DNA from: a bacterium
GTDB lineage: Bacteria; Gemmatimonadota; Gemmatimonadetes; Gemmatimonadales; Gemmatimonadaceae
Direction: 5' to 3'
DNA: 47,267 nt
NCBI GenBank assembly: GCA_040005695.1
Contig: JBDTYL010000265.1
Location: 1-47,267 of the forward strand
Shown: piece by piece, positions 18,098-27,175 of the stretch
How positions within the stretch are numbered: the stretch's first letter is position 1
Layout of the letters: the number at the start of each line of letters is the position of its first letter
Notes under the pieces: generated by a model
The model's input: only the letters and a program-made list of their open reading frames with translations
Told to the model about the DNA's origin: nothing
The model's database searches: none
Position numbers and translations under genes: made by a program

Positions 18098-18847
18098 ATG
18101 TCGCTTCACCGTTCAGTCACCGCAGCCCTGGGCGCCCTCTTCGCGCTCGGCATGGCCCCACCGCTCTCTGCGCAGTCGAGCGGCGACGGCTTCCTCTTCG
18201 CGTCACCGTCCGCCCGCATCAGCGTCCGGGCCGGATACGACCACGCCAATGCCGGAAGCGACGTGTTCGCCCAGTCGATCGACATGCTGACGATCAACAA
18301 GCGGGACTTCAGCAGCCTCACCATCGGGGTGGAGGCGGCAGCGTCCCTGTCGGACCGGTTCGACCTCTCGATCGACGGGTCCTTCTCCCACGCCTCCAAG
18401 GGCTCGGAGTTCCGGCACTTCGTCGACAACAACAACCAGCCCATCGCGCAGACCACCACGTTCGACCGCGTGCCCATCACGGCCAACCTGCGCTACTACC
18501 TCACCCCGCCGGGCCGGGCCATCGGCAAGCTGGCGTGGATTCCCAGCAAGGTCGTCCCGTGGATCGGTGTCGGGGGTGGCATGATGCACTATCAGTTCAG
18601 CCAGGACGGGGACTTCGTGGACTTCAACACGAACAACGTCTTCACCAGGACCATCGAATCATCCGACTGGACCGCCACGTGGCACGGCATGGGCGGCGCG
18701 GACCTGTCGCTCTCCCCCCGCTTGGCGCTCCGGGCGGATGCGCGCTATGTATGGGCAAGGGCCAACCTGAGCTCCGCCTTCTCCGGATTCGACCGCATCG
18801 ACCTGTCGGGCGTGCAGGGCACGCTTGGCCTCACGTACCGGCTCTAG
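18098..18847 (+). CDS. outer-membrane beta-barrel protein (OmpA-barrel/OmpW-like)
   Basis: 249 aa. It has a signal peptide (ALGMAPPLSAQ), alternating amphipathic strands and a C-terminal GTLGLTYRL. A GAGGA lies 5 nt upstream of the ATG. Confidence 0.65.
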   Translation: MSLHRSVTAALGALFALGMAPPLSAQSSGDGFLFASPSARISVRAGYDHANAGSDVFAQSIDMLTINKRDFSSLTIGVEAAASLSDRFDLSIDGSFSHASKGSEFRHFVDNNNQPIAQTTTFDRVPITANLRYYLTPPGRAIGKLAWIPSKVVPWIGVGGGMMHYQFSQDGDFVDFNTNNVFTRTIESSDWTATWHGMGGADLSLSPRLALRADARYVWARANLSSAFSGFDRIDLSGVQGTLGLTYRL

Positions 18848-18869
18848 CACCCCAGCGAGGATTTTCCTC

Positions 18870-20063
18870 ATGCGCTACACACTGAAGTTCCTGGCTGTCG
18901 CGGCGGCGGTCGCCCTGCTCGGCGTCACGCCGGCCAGCGCGCAGTCCGTCGGCCCGCGCTGGCAGGCCTGGCTCGGCTGCTGGTCCTCCGCCACACCTGG
19001 CGAATCGTACGGCTCCGCGCAGTTCGCGCCGCCCGTCGTCTGCATCATGCCCACGACGAACTCCGACGTCGTGGAAGTCGCGACGGTGGTGGACGGCAAG
19101 GTCACCAAGCGCGACACCATCGACGCCAGCAGTGTGGCGCACGCCGTCGAGTCCAAGGGATGCGAGGGATCGCAATCCGCGCGCTGGTCATCCGACGAGC
19201 GTCGCGTGTACCTCCGCTCCGCTTCGTCGTGCGACGGGATGAAGACCGCGGCATCGTCCATCCTCGGCCTCACGGCCAATGGTGACTGGATCGACGTCCG
19301 CGGCATCTCGGCGGGTGAAGGCGAGAATGTCCGCGTGGCGCACTACCACGACATCGGCCTGCCGGCCTCCGTGCCGGCCGACATCGCCGAGGTCCTGCGT
19401 GGCCGCACCATGCGGTCGCAGAACGCGCGCATCGCGGCCGGCGCGAACATCGGGACCGCCGCCGTCACCGAGGCCGTCCACGCCGTCGACGCAGAGGTCG
19501 TGGAGGCATTCCTCCTCGAGCGCGGCCAGAAGTTCGCGCTCAACGCCAACACGCTCGTCACGCTGGCCGACGCGGGCGTTCCGTCGGGCGTGACGGACGC
19601 GATGGTCGCGGTCTCCAACCCGGGCGCGTTCGAGATGGCGCGCGCAGACGATCGCGCGATTCGCAACTCGAATGAGGACGAGGTGTACGGGCGCCGGATT
19701 CCGGTCTACCTCGATCCCTACTATTCGCCCTGGGGCTGGGGCTACTCGCCCTATGGTTACAACCGCTATGGCTACGGCTATGGCTCTGCCTACGGGTCGG
19801 GCTTCGGCTATCCGGGCTACTACGGCGGCGCGCCCATCATCGTCATCACCGGCACGCAGGCGAGCGGCGGGGCGAGCGGGCAGATGGTGAAGGGCCGCGG
19901 CTACACGCAGGGGCCGAACGCGGGCACCTCGAGCGGTCGCACGGCATCGCCGAGCAACAGTGGCTCGTCGTCCTCGGGCTCGAGTGCATCGACGGCACCG
20001 TCGCCGCAGCCACAGCCGCAGGCCAAGCCGGCGGAACAGCGGACGGCCAAGCCTCGTCCGTAG
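18870..20063 (+). CDS. secreted protein of unknown family, copy 1 (W.AWLGCW motif, Gly/Tyr-rich and Ser/Pro-rich tail)
   Basis: Taken from ATG 18870 of ORF 18825..20063. It has a signal peptide ending TPASAQ, conserved Cys residues, VRVAHYHDIGLPASVPA, ADAGVPSGVTDAM, a YGYNRYGYGYGSAYGSGFGYPGYYGG tract and ends RTAKPRP. It is a paralog of 30871..32232 and lies 22 nt after the barrel gene. Confidence 0.7.
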   Translation: MRYTLKFLAVAAAVALLGVTPASAQSVGPRWQAWLGCWSSATPGESYGSAQFAPPVVCIMPTTNSDVVEVATVVDGKVTKRDTIDASSVAHAVESKGCEGSQSARWSSDERRVYLRSASSCDGMKTAASSILGLTANGDWIDVRGISAGEGENVRVAHYHDIGLPASVPADIAEVLRGRTMRSQNARIAAGANIGTAAVTEAVHAVDAEVVEAFLLERGQKFALNANTLVTLADAGVPSGVTDAMVAVSNPGAFEMARADDRAIRNSNEDEVYGRRIPVYLDPYYSPWGWGYSPYGYNRYGYGYGSAYGSGFGYPGYYGGAPIIVITGTQASGGASGQMVKGRGYTQGPNAGTSSGRTASPSNSGSSSSGSSASTAPSPQPQPQAKPAEQRTAKPRP

Positions 20064-20078
20064 CGCCTGGTCGCTGTA

Positions 20079-20115
20079 AAAAGGGGCGGCGCGATAACGC
20101 GTCGCCCTTTTTCTT
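20079..20115 (+). terminator. rho-independent terminator
   Basis: AAAAAGGGGCGGCGCG-ATAA-CGCGTCGCCC followed by TTTTTCTT, immediately after the stop at 20063. Confidence 0.6.
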
Positions 20116-20130
20116 GCGGCTCGACGAGCG

Positions 20131-20245
20131 CATCAATGAGCATTGTTACCGCAGAGGCACAGAGGACTGCGGGAGAATTCGGGTGCAGCCCTCTGTGGCC
20201 CTGTGCGTCCTCTGTGGTCATTGGCGAGTCTGAAGTTGCGGGAAT
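20131..20245 (+). repeat. single copy of a hairpin repeat (CAGAGGxCAxxGAGGACTGCGGGA...GCAGxCCTCTGTG...CCTCTGTGGT family)
   Basis: The core at 20148..20218 is an imperfect long inverted repeat. It is homologous, including the flanks (CATTG.., TCTGAAGT..GCGG), to the units at 32291..32755. Confidence 0.6.
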
Positions 20246-20320
20246 GGTACGACGTGCGCCGCGGTGCCGTCGCAATCACGACGCCCGCGGGCCATATTCT
20301 CTGCTCTGCCCTTCCAGGAC

Positions 20321-23266
20321 ATGGCCACCGTCGCAATGGCATTCGCTCCACCGCTGGCCGAGCCGTCGCCCTCGCAGCGGCGCGCCATTGAAGCCGCACC
20401 GGGCGCGCTGCTCGTTCTCGCAGGGCCGGGAGCCGGAAAGACGTTCTGCCTCATCGAGCGCATCCGGTTCCTCATCGAGCACCACGGCATGGACCCCGCC
20501 CGCATCTGCGCCTTCACCTTCACCAACAAGGCGGCGGGCGAGATCACGCACCGGCTGCAGGCGCGTCTGGGCACCGACGCCGAACGAATCAAGCGCGGGA
20601 CGATTCACGCCTTCTGCGCCGAGCTGCTGCGCGAGCTGGGCGCGCAGGTGCTGCTTCCGCCGGGATTCGGCATCGCGGACGAAGAGTACCAGCTGAGCGT
20701 GCTGCGGCGCATCGAGGGGCCGCGGCGCTGGCACCGCAGCGTCCTCACGCGCTTCTCGGCGCACCGCTTCCGCAATGATCCGTTGCGACACGAGGACATG
20801 GTCCTCTTCAACAGGTACGAACGCTTCCTCACGGACAGGAAGCTCGTGGACTTCGACACGCTGGTGATCAAGGCCGCCGAGCTTCTCGAGAGCAGCGATG
20901 AGGCGGCGCGTTCGCTGCGCGCGCGCTGGGATGTGGTACTCGTGGATGAGTTCCAGGATCTCAACCCGGTGCAGTACCGGGTGATAAAGGCGCTCGCGCA
21001 CGAGCACCGGCACGTGTTCGCCGTGGGTGACGACGAGCAATCCATCTACTCCTGGGCAGGCGCGGACCCACGCGTGTTCCTCGATTTCACCAACGACTTC
21101 CAGATCGGCGCGGCGAGGACGGTGCACCTCGAGGAGAATCGCCGCTGCCCGGCCGACGTCTTCGCGCTCGCACGCCAGCTGATCCGCGCCAACCGGCCGA
21201 TCTTCACCGACCGCATCGAGCCGCGCGCCGACAGGAAGTCCACTTTCCCCGTGCGCACGCTCGCGTTCGACACGGACGACGCCGAAGAAGCGTGGATGCT
21301 CGAGGATATCCGCCGCGACAAGGAATTGAACGGTCACCGCTGGGGCGACGTCGCGCTGCTGTACCGGAAGCACAGCATCGGCGAGCGACTCGAGACGGCA
21401 TTCCTGAATGCGGGTATCCCGTGCCGACTCGCACAGGGCCGCGCGCTCGCCGACGACCCCGTCGTCGCCTACGTGATCGCGGCAGCGCGGGTGATCGCCT
21501 TTCCCGGCGATGTCGTGCTGCGCGACGCGTTCTTCCGCGTCGTGCTGCCGCGCGCGCTGTTCGACGAAGCGAGGGCGAAGGCCGAGGAGAACCAGCGTGA
21601 GCTGCGGATGCAGTTGCGGTTCATGGCCACGCAATTGCCGCGCGTGGACGAGACCGCGCGCCAGATTCGTCGCGCGCTTGCCGACTGGAAGAACCTCGAG
21701 GCAGCTGGCCGGCAGCACACTACGCTCGCGGGGCTCGTCACCGAGTTGCTTTCGCGGCGCGTTGGTGCGCTGCGCTCCGTGCTGGACGACCGGCACGACG
21801 AGCTGAGCGACCCCGCGTCACTCCCCGACGTGGTGCAGCTCGCGGACCGCCTGCGCGACGCGCGTGCACGCAGGGCCGAAGTGTGGATTCCTCCGATGGG
21901 TGGCGTGGAGATTCCCATCAAGGCGATGCTCGTGGCCATCGGCATCGACGCGCGACGCGGTATCGCGCCCGAAGGTGCGTTCCACCTCGCGCCCGACGAC
22001 GTGCCGTCGGTGGGACTGCCGCTCGGCGTCTTCAAGGCGGCACAGCTCCTCGAGATGACGCAGACGGAGTCCTCGTTCACCAGCTTCACCGCGTTCGACC
22101 TCGAGACCACCGACAACGACACGACGACGGCGGAGATCGTCGAGATCGCCGCCGTGCGCGTGCGAGACGGGCGGATCGTGGGCGAGTTCCATTCGCTGGT
22201 GAAGCCGCGCACACGCGTGACGGCCGGCGCGTTCGCGACGCACGGCATCGGCGAGGCGGAGCTGGACGGCCAGCCCGCGTTCCCCCAGGTGTGGCCGGCG
22301 TTTCGCGCCTTCTGCGGCGACGACGTCGTGGTGGCGCACAACGGCTACGACTTTGATTTCCGCATCGTGAGCCGCATGGCGCGGGAGATCGGCGCGAACT
22401 TCGACCTGTGCACCTACGACACGCTTCCCCTCGCGCGCGACCTCTCGGCGGCGAGTCGCAAGCTCGTGGACCTCGCACGCCAGTTCGGCATCGATGCCGG
22501 GCACTCGCACCGTGCGCTCGACGACACGCGCACGCTGGCCAACGTGCTGCTCGCGCTGGGCGAGCTCAAGGTCGCCCGCGCCCGCAAGACTGCTCTCGTG
22601 GACCTGCTCGGCCACCTCGGCATTGCGCTCGCACTGAGCGACGAGGCGACGCTCGCCGAGGAAGCACTGCTCTTCCGCAACATCTCGCGTCCGTTCGCGC
22701 TCGGTGCGTACAGCGGTGCGCTCGACGCGTACGAACGCGAGACTGGTGACGACATCACCGTACCCGGCGCGGAGGAAGTGATCGAGCGGCTCGGCGGCGC
22801 GGCGCTGATGGTGAAGATCCGCACGGCGAAGTCTGCCGACGAGCGCTACCCCGCGGCGATGACCCGCATGCGGCGACTGATCGCCGAGATTCCGGCTGGT
22901 CCGTTGGCGGTGCAGCTTGCGCTGTTCCTCGAACGCGCAGTGCTCTCACGCCTCGACGGCCAGGAACCGGAGCGCATGCGCGTGAACCTGCTCACGCTGC
23001 ATTCCACCAAGGGGCTCGAGTTTTCGCGGGTATACGTCGTGGGTGCGGAGGATGACCAGCTGCCTGGCGGCTCGCCGTCGCGCGCGGCGACGCAGGAGGA
23101 GATCGACGAGGCGCGTCGCCTGCTGTACGTCGGCATGACGCGCACGCAGGATCGGCTGGTGATGACCCGTGTGGCAACGCGCGGCGACAAGCCCACCGGC
23201 GGACACCGGTTCCTCGACGAGATGGGGCTGCTGCCGTCACCGCCGGGCGACGTCGAGCCTGCATGA
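20321..23266 (+). CDS. UvrD/Rep-family (SF1A) helicase with an embedded DnaQ-like DEDDh 3'-5' exonuclease domain
   Basis: Helicase motifs:
- I: AGPGAGKT
- Ia: TFTNKAA
- II: VLVDEFQD
- III: FAVGDDEQSIYSWAGA
- V: LLTLHSTKGLEF
- VI: LLYVGMTRTQDRLVM

Between motifs IV and V (about 22085..22560) lies an exonuclease module with ExoI FDLETTD, ExoII VAHNGYDFDF and ExoIII HRALDDTRTL. The start is taken at ATG 20321. Confidence 0.85.
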   Translation: MATVAMAFAPPLAEPSPSQRRAIEAAPGALLVLAGPGAGKTFCLIERIRFLIEHHGMDPARICAFTFTNKAAGEITHRLQARLGTDAERIKRGTIHAFCAELLRELGAQVLLPPGFGIADEEYQLSVLRRIEGPRRWHRSVLTRFSAHRFRNDPLRHEDMVLFNRYERFLTDRKLVDFDTLVIKAAELLESSDEAARSLRARWDVVLVDEFQDLNPVQYRVIKALAHEHRHVFAVGDDEQSIYSWAGADPRVFLDFTNDFQIGAARTVHLEENRRCPADVFALARQLIRANRPIFTDRIEPRADRKSTFPVRTLAFDTDDAEEAWMLEDIRRDKELNGHRWGDVALLYRKHSIGERLETAFLNAGIPCRLAQGRALADDPVVAYVIAAARVIAFPGDVVLRDAFFRVVLPRALFDEARAKAEENQRELRMQLRFMATQLPRVDETARQIRRALADWKNLEAAGRQHTTLAGLVTELLSRRVGALRSVLDDRHDELSDPASLPDVVQLADRLRDARARRAEVWIPPMGGVEIPIKAMLVAIGIDARRGIAPEGAFHLAPDDVPSVGLPLGVFKAAQLLEMTQTESSFTSFTAFDLETTDNDTTTAEIVEIAAVRVRDGRIVGEFHSLVKPRTRVTAGAFATHGIGEAELDGQPAFPQVWPAFRAFCGDDVVVAHNGYDFDFRIVSRMAREIGANFDLCTYDTLPLARDLSAASRKLVDLARQFGIDAGHSHRALDDTRTLANVLLALGELKVARARKTALVDLLGHLGIALALSDEATLAEEALLFRNISRPFALGAYSGALDAYERETGDDITVPGAEEVIERLGGAALMVKIRTAKSADERYPAAMTRMRRLIAEIPAGPLAVQLALFLERAVLSRLDGQEPERMRVNLLTLHSTKGLEFSRVYVVGAEDDQLPGGSPSRAATQEEIDEARRLLYVGMTRTQDRLVMTRVATRGDKPTGGHRFLDEMGLLPSPPGDVEPA

Positions 23267-23344
23267 CTCGAGCACGCGGACCGTGATCGAACGACGGGGA
23301 CACGGCGCGACATTTCGCCCACACACTGACGCTACGGAGGTGCC

Positions 23345-24031
23345 ATGAATGCACTGGAGTGGAAGGTTGCCGTCGGAGCCGATGTGACGACGGCGTCGTA
23401 CGCGCCCGCCACGGCGGGCAAGGACATCGCCACGTTCATCTGCGCCCACGGCGCCGGTGGCAGCATGGCTGACCGCGGCATGCAGGCCACCGCGGCGGCC
23501 ATGTGCGCGCGCGGCTTCGGCATGGTGCGCTTCAACTTCCTCTATCGCGAGCGGAAGTCGAGTCGCCCCGACGCCATGCCAAAGCTCATGGACACCACCA
23601 CCGCGGTCGTCGCGCGTGCGCGCGAGGAGCTTGGCGATCCGCGTCCGCTGCTTATCGGCGGCCGCTCGATGGGTGGCCGAGCGGCGTCGATGCTCGCAGC
23701 AGAGGGCTTTGCAGCCGATGGGTTGCTGCTGCTGGCGTATCCACTGCATCCCGCTGGTCAGCCGACGAAGCTGCGTGTGGCACACCTGGCGGACATCCGG
23801 ATGCCGGTGATCGCGTTCAGTGGCACGCGCGACCCGCTGTGCACTCGGTCGCTGATGGAGGATGCGCTCACGACGGTGGCCGCGCCGTGGGACATGCAGT
23901 GGATCGATAGCGCCGACCACAGCTTCCACGTGCTCAAGTCGTCGGGGACGACGGATGCGGCGGTGCTCGACTACATCGCCGACACGAGCCGCAGTTGGGT
24001 GCAGGGGCTGGGCGGACGCTCGTCTTCCTGA
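23345..24031 (+). CDS. alpha/beta hydrolase (dienelactone-hydrolase / KANL3-like family)
   Basis: 228 aa. It has the nucleophile motif GGRSMGGR and a C-terminal D..H (SADHSF). The size and order match small single-domain alpha/beta hydrolases. Confidence 0.8.
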   Translation: MNALEWKVAVGADVTTASYAPATAGKDIATFICAHGAGGSMADRGMQATAAAMCARGFGMVRFNFLYRERKSSRPDAMPKLMDTTTAVVARAREELGDPRPLLIGGRSMGGRAASMLAAEGFAADGLLLLAYPLHPAGQPTKLRVAHLADIRMPVIAFSGTRDPLCTRSLMEDALTTVAAPWDMQWIDSADHSFHVLKSSGTTDAAVLDYIADTSRSWVQGLGGRSSS

Positions 24032-24126
24032 GCAAGGCAGCCTGCAAGCGGCGACTGATCCCGACGTCCAACGCTTGACGCCCGACATGGCGCCCTGCTT
24101 CTTGGGGGACTTTCCCGGGAGCCTTC

Positions 24127-25326
24127 ATGTCCAGCGCGTTCGCCATCGCGGGCCTTGCCGCACTCGTTCTCATCACGTCGCCGGCCGACGCGCAGCGCGG
24201 AGGGCGAGGCACGCCCATTCAGCCGGGCGAAAGCTGTCCACCCGGCACCACGGAGATCCGTCCGCGACTCTGCATGGCGCCCGAGGCACCGGCGCCGAGC
24301 ATCCTCGACTACCGCCCGCGGTCCACGCTGGTGACGCCGGTGCACATGGTGCGCATGGCGAAGTATCCCGCCATCGACTTTCACGGCCATCCCTCCGGCC
24401 TCATGGGCTCTGCGGACGGGCTCGCGAGCCTCGGTGCCGCACTCGACAGCCTGAACGTGCGGATGATGATCTCGGCCGACAACATGTCCGGCGACCGTCT
24501 CCGCAACACCGTCGCGACAATCCGCGCCTCCGAAAAGATGAAGGACCGTGCACGCGTGCTGGCGGGCATCAACTTCCAGAACGTCGGGCCGGGTTGGGCG
24601 GAGAAGGCCGTGGCGCAGCTCGAGGCGGACGTCGCCAACGGCGCGGTTGGGGTCGGAGAAATCTCGAAGAGCTTCGGCCTCTCGGTGCGCAAGCCCGACG
24701 GCTCACGCCTGAAGCTGGATGATCCCGAGCTCGACCCGATCTGGGACGCGTGTGCGCGGCTTCACCTGCCCGTGTTCATCCACACGGCAGACCCCGAGCA
24801 GTTCTTCCATCCCATCGACTACACCAATGAGCGCTGGCTCGAGCTGTCGCTGTTCCCGGATCGCCGCTACCCGCCGGACCGCTTCCCCAGCTTCGAGACG
24901 CTCATCACGGAGCGCGACAACCTGTTCCGCCGGCACCCGAAGACGACGTTCGTCACGGCGCACATGGGCTGGCAGGCCAATGACCTCGGACGGCTCGGCA
25001 AGCTGCTCGATGCGATGCCGAACGTGTACACGGAGGTCGGCGCGGTGCTCTACGACATCGGGCGGCAGCCGCGTGGCGCGCACGACTTCTTCGTGAAGTA
25101 CCAGGACCGCATCCTGTTCGGGAAGGATTCCTTCCAGCCCGAGGAGTATCCGTACTACTGGCGGGTGTTCGAGACGAGGGACGACTACTTCGACTACTAC
25201 CGCGGCTATCATGCGTTCTGGAAGCTGTACGGCATCGACTTGCCGGACAGCGTGCTGAAGAAGGTGTATTTCCAGAACGCGCTGCACATCACGCCGGCGC
25301 TGCCGCAGGCGGGCTGGCCGAAGTAG
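24127..25326 (+). CDS. exported amidohydrolase-family (TIM-barrel metallohydrolase) protein
   Basis: 399 aa. It has a signal peptide (ITSPADAQ) and metal-ligand-like motifs IDFHGHP, FIHTAD and VTAHMG. Confidence 0.75.
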   Translation: MSSAFAIAGLAALVLITSPADAQRGGRGTPIQPGESCPPGTTEIRPRLCMAPEAPAPSILDYRPRSTLVTPVHMVRMAKYPAIDFHGHPSGLMGSADGLASLGAALDSLNVRMMISADNMSGDRLRNTVATIRASEKMKDRARVLAGINFQNVGPGWAEKAVAQLEADVANGAVGVGEISKSFGLSVRKPDGSRLKLDDPELDPIWDACARLHLPVFIHTADPEQFFHPIDYTNERWLELSLFPDRRYPPDRFPSFETLITERDNLFRRHPKTTFVTAHMGWQANDLGRLGKLLDAMPNVYTEVGAVLYDIGRQPRGAHDFFVKYQDRILFGKDSFQPEEYPYYWRVFETRDDYFDYYRGYHAFWKLYGIDLPDSVLKKVYFQNALHITPALPQAGWPK

Positions 25327-25334
25327 CCACCGCA

Positions 25335-25493
25335 CTTGTCGTGAGCGCGCACCTTTGTCGTCCTGAGCGCAGCGAAGGACCTGCTCATGTCGTCCTGAGC
25401 GCAGCGAAGGACCTGCTTTTTTCACTCTGCGACAAGCAGATCCTTCGCTGCGCTCAGGATGACAAAGGGGGCCGCGCGCAGGATGACAAAGGG
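25335..25493. repeat. nested REP-like palindromic repeat cluster (TGTCGTCCTGAGCGCAGCGAAGGACCTGC family)
   Basis: There are two direct copies (25356..25384 and 25388..25416) and one inverted copy (about 25436..25463). These are flanked by an outer inverted pair (25335..25350 with 25475..25492). The cluster lies between convergent genes. Confidence 0.7.
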
Positions 25494-25609
25494 TGAGTCC
25501 GCTCTCCTGGCGCCCTTCGCGTTCTTGCCGGTTCATCAGTCCCGGGAAGATGAACGGCCAAGGGCGCCAGGAAAGCTGAGCCTCGGGTGCTGCTTCGGCG
25601 CGCCGAGCC

Positions 25610-26443
25610 TTACGACGCCATCTGCGCAAGCGCGCGTTCGCTCCGCGCGACCAGTCGCTCGTCGCCGAGGGTTTTCGCGCACGCCGCGAATGCAGGCGTG
25701 GCGCCCTTCCAGCGCAGCTCGTCCACGTCGCTGAAGAGCGGCGCATCGGTGCGCAACGTCGCCAGATTCTTGAACAGGAGCGCCAGCGGCGTGTTGTCGC
25801 CGAGGACGTCGGCGGGAAACGCCTCGAGCGCACCGTAGCGGTTGACGAGTCGTGCGGCGGTGACGGCGCCGATGCCGGCAATGCCCGGGTAGCCATCCGC
25901 GCTGTCACCGACGAGCGCGAGGTAGTCCGGGATGCGCTCCGGGGCGACGCCGAACTTCTCGAGCACGCCATCCGCGTTGCGGATCTTCTGCGACCGGCGG
26001 TCCATCTGCACCACGCGGTCGCCGCGCACGCATTGCGCGAGATCCTTGTCGGGGGTCCAGATGCAGACCTTGTCCACGTCAGCCACGGCGGCGGCGAGAT
26101 GCGCGCCCGATGCGAGGCCGTCGTCCGCCTCGAGCTCCACCATGGGCCACACCGCAACGCCCATCGCAGCGAGCGCATCCTCGAGCGGGTGGAATTGCGC
26201 GACGAGTGCGCGGTCCATGCCCTCGCCGGTCTTGTAGTCGGCCCAGAGGTCGTTGCGGAACGACTCGATCACGTGATCGGTGGCGACGGCCACGTGCGTG
26301 GCGCCCTGCTCCACCATCTGGAGCACTGTGTTGAGCACGCCGATCACGGCGCCGTACTTCGGGTCGTCGCCCTTGTTGAAGCGGCGCAGCCCGTAGAAAT
26401 GCCGGAACAGCTCGTACGTGCCGTCGATGAGGTGGACGATCAT
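25610..26443 (-). CDS. 5'-3' exonuclease / flap endonuclease (Pol I N-terminal-domain-like, stand-alone)
   Basis: 277 aa. It has the PIN-like 5'-nuclease motifs LIDGTYELFR, ATDH, ELEADD and LVGDSADGYPGIAGIG (H3TH region). It lies 27 nt downstream of the DUF72 gene. Confidence 0.85.
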   Translation of the reverse strand: MIVHLIDGTYELFRHFYGLRRFNKGDDPKYGAVIGVLNTVLQMVEQGATHVAVATDHVIESFRNDLWADYKTGEGMDRALVAQFHPLEDALAAMGVAVWPMVELEADDGLASGAHLAAAVADVDKVCIWTPDKDLAQCVRGDRVVQMDRRSQKIRNADGVLEKFGVAPERIPDYLALVGDSADGYPGIAGIGAVTAARLVNRYGALEAFPADVLGDNTPLALLFKNLATLRTDAPLFSDVDELRWKGATPAFAACAKTLGDERLVARSERALAQMAS

Positions 26444-26470
26444 GCGCGCTCGAGCGATGTCATGCGCCGC

Positions 26471-27175
26471 TCACGAGCCGAACGCCTGCGTGAATGCACC
26501 CACGGCCGGAGGCCCCGAACCGGCGCCCTCGTCGTGCTTGAAGAAGACGTACGCATCGCTCCAGGGCTGCGCCGCGACCTGCTTTGCCCATGCCGCGAGC
26601 GACGTCTCGTCGTAGTCGAGCTTGTGGAGTCGTGCATAGCCCCACGACGCAGTGGCCACCACCGGCGACGCGAACTCCGGCTGCTCGGTGATGCACATCG
26701 CGATATCGCGCTCGCGGAGGACGTCGAACACGTCGTCGCCGAACCAGCTCTCGTGGCGGAACTCGATGGTGAACCGTCGGTCGAGCGGCAGCGTATCGAG
26801 AAAGACGCGCAACCGGTCGAAGTCCTTCTTGAGGTTGGGCGGCAGCTGGAAGAGGATGGGGCCGAGCCGGCTGCCGAGCGACGCGGTGTTCTTGATGAGG
26901 AACTCCACGGCGCTGAGCGATTCCGGCTTGAGGCGCGCGTAGTGCGTGATGCGCTGGCTCGCCTTGATGGCGAACGTGAACGGCTCCGGCACCTGTGCGG
27001 CCCAGTCGAGCAGCACCTGCTCCTTGGGCAGGCGGTAGAAGGTGTTGTTGATCTCCACGGCCGGAAAGCGACTGGCATAGAGGCCGAGCATCGCGTCGTC
27101 CTTGCAGTCGCCCGGATAGAACGAGCCCTTCCACTCCTTGAACGCGTAGCCGCTCGTACCGGCAAGCAGCCTCAC
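26471..27175 (-). CDS. DUF72 (YecE/UPF0759) family protein
   Basis: This is the C-terminal 234 codons of ORF 26471..28069. It has the typical DUF72 N-terminus (LLAGTSGYAFKEWKGSFYP), FQLPP and FRHESW. The start is GTG 27175, overlapping the ku stop (GTGA). Confidence 0.8.
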   Translation of the reverse strand: MRLLAGTSGYAFKEWKGSFYPGDCKDDAMLGLYASRFPAVEINNTFYRLPKEQVLLDWAAQVPEPFTFAIKASQRITHYARLKPESLSAVEFLIKNTASLGSRLGPILFQLPPNLKKDFDRLRVFLDTLPLDRRFTIEFRHESWFGDDVFDVLRERDIAMCITEQPEFASPVVATASWGYARLHKLDYDETSLAAWAKQVAAQPWSDAYVFFKHDEGAGSGPPAVGAFTQAFGS

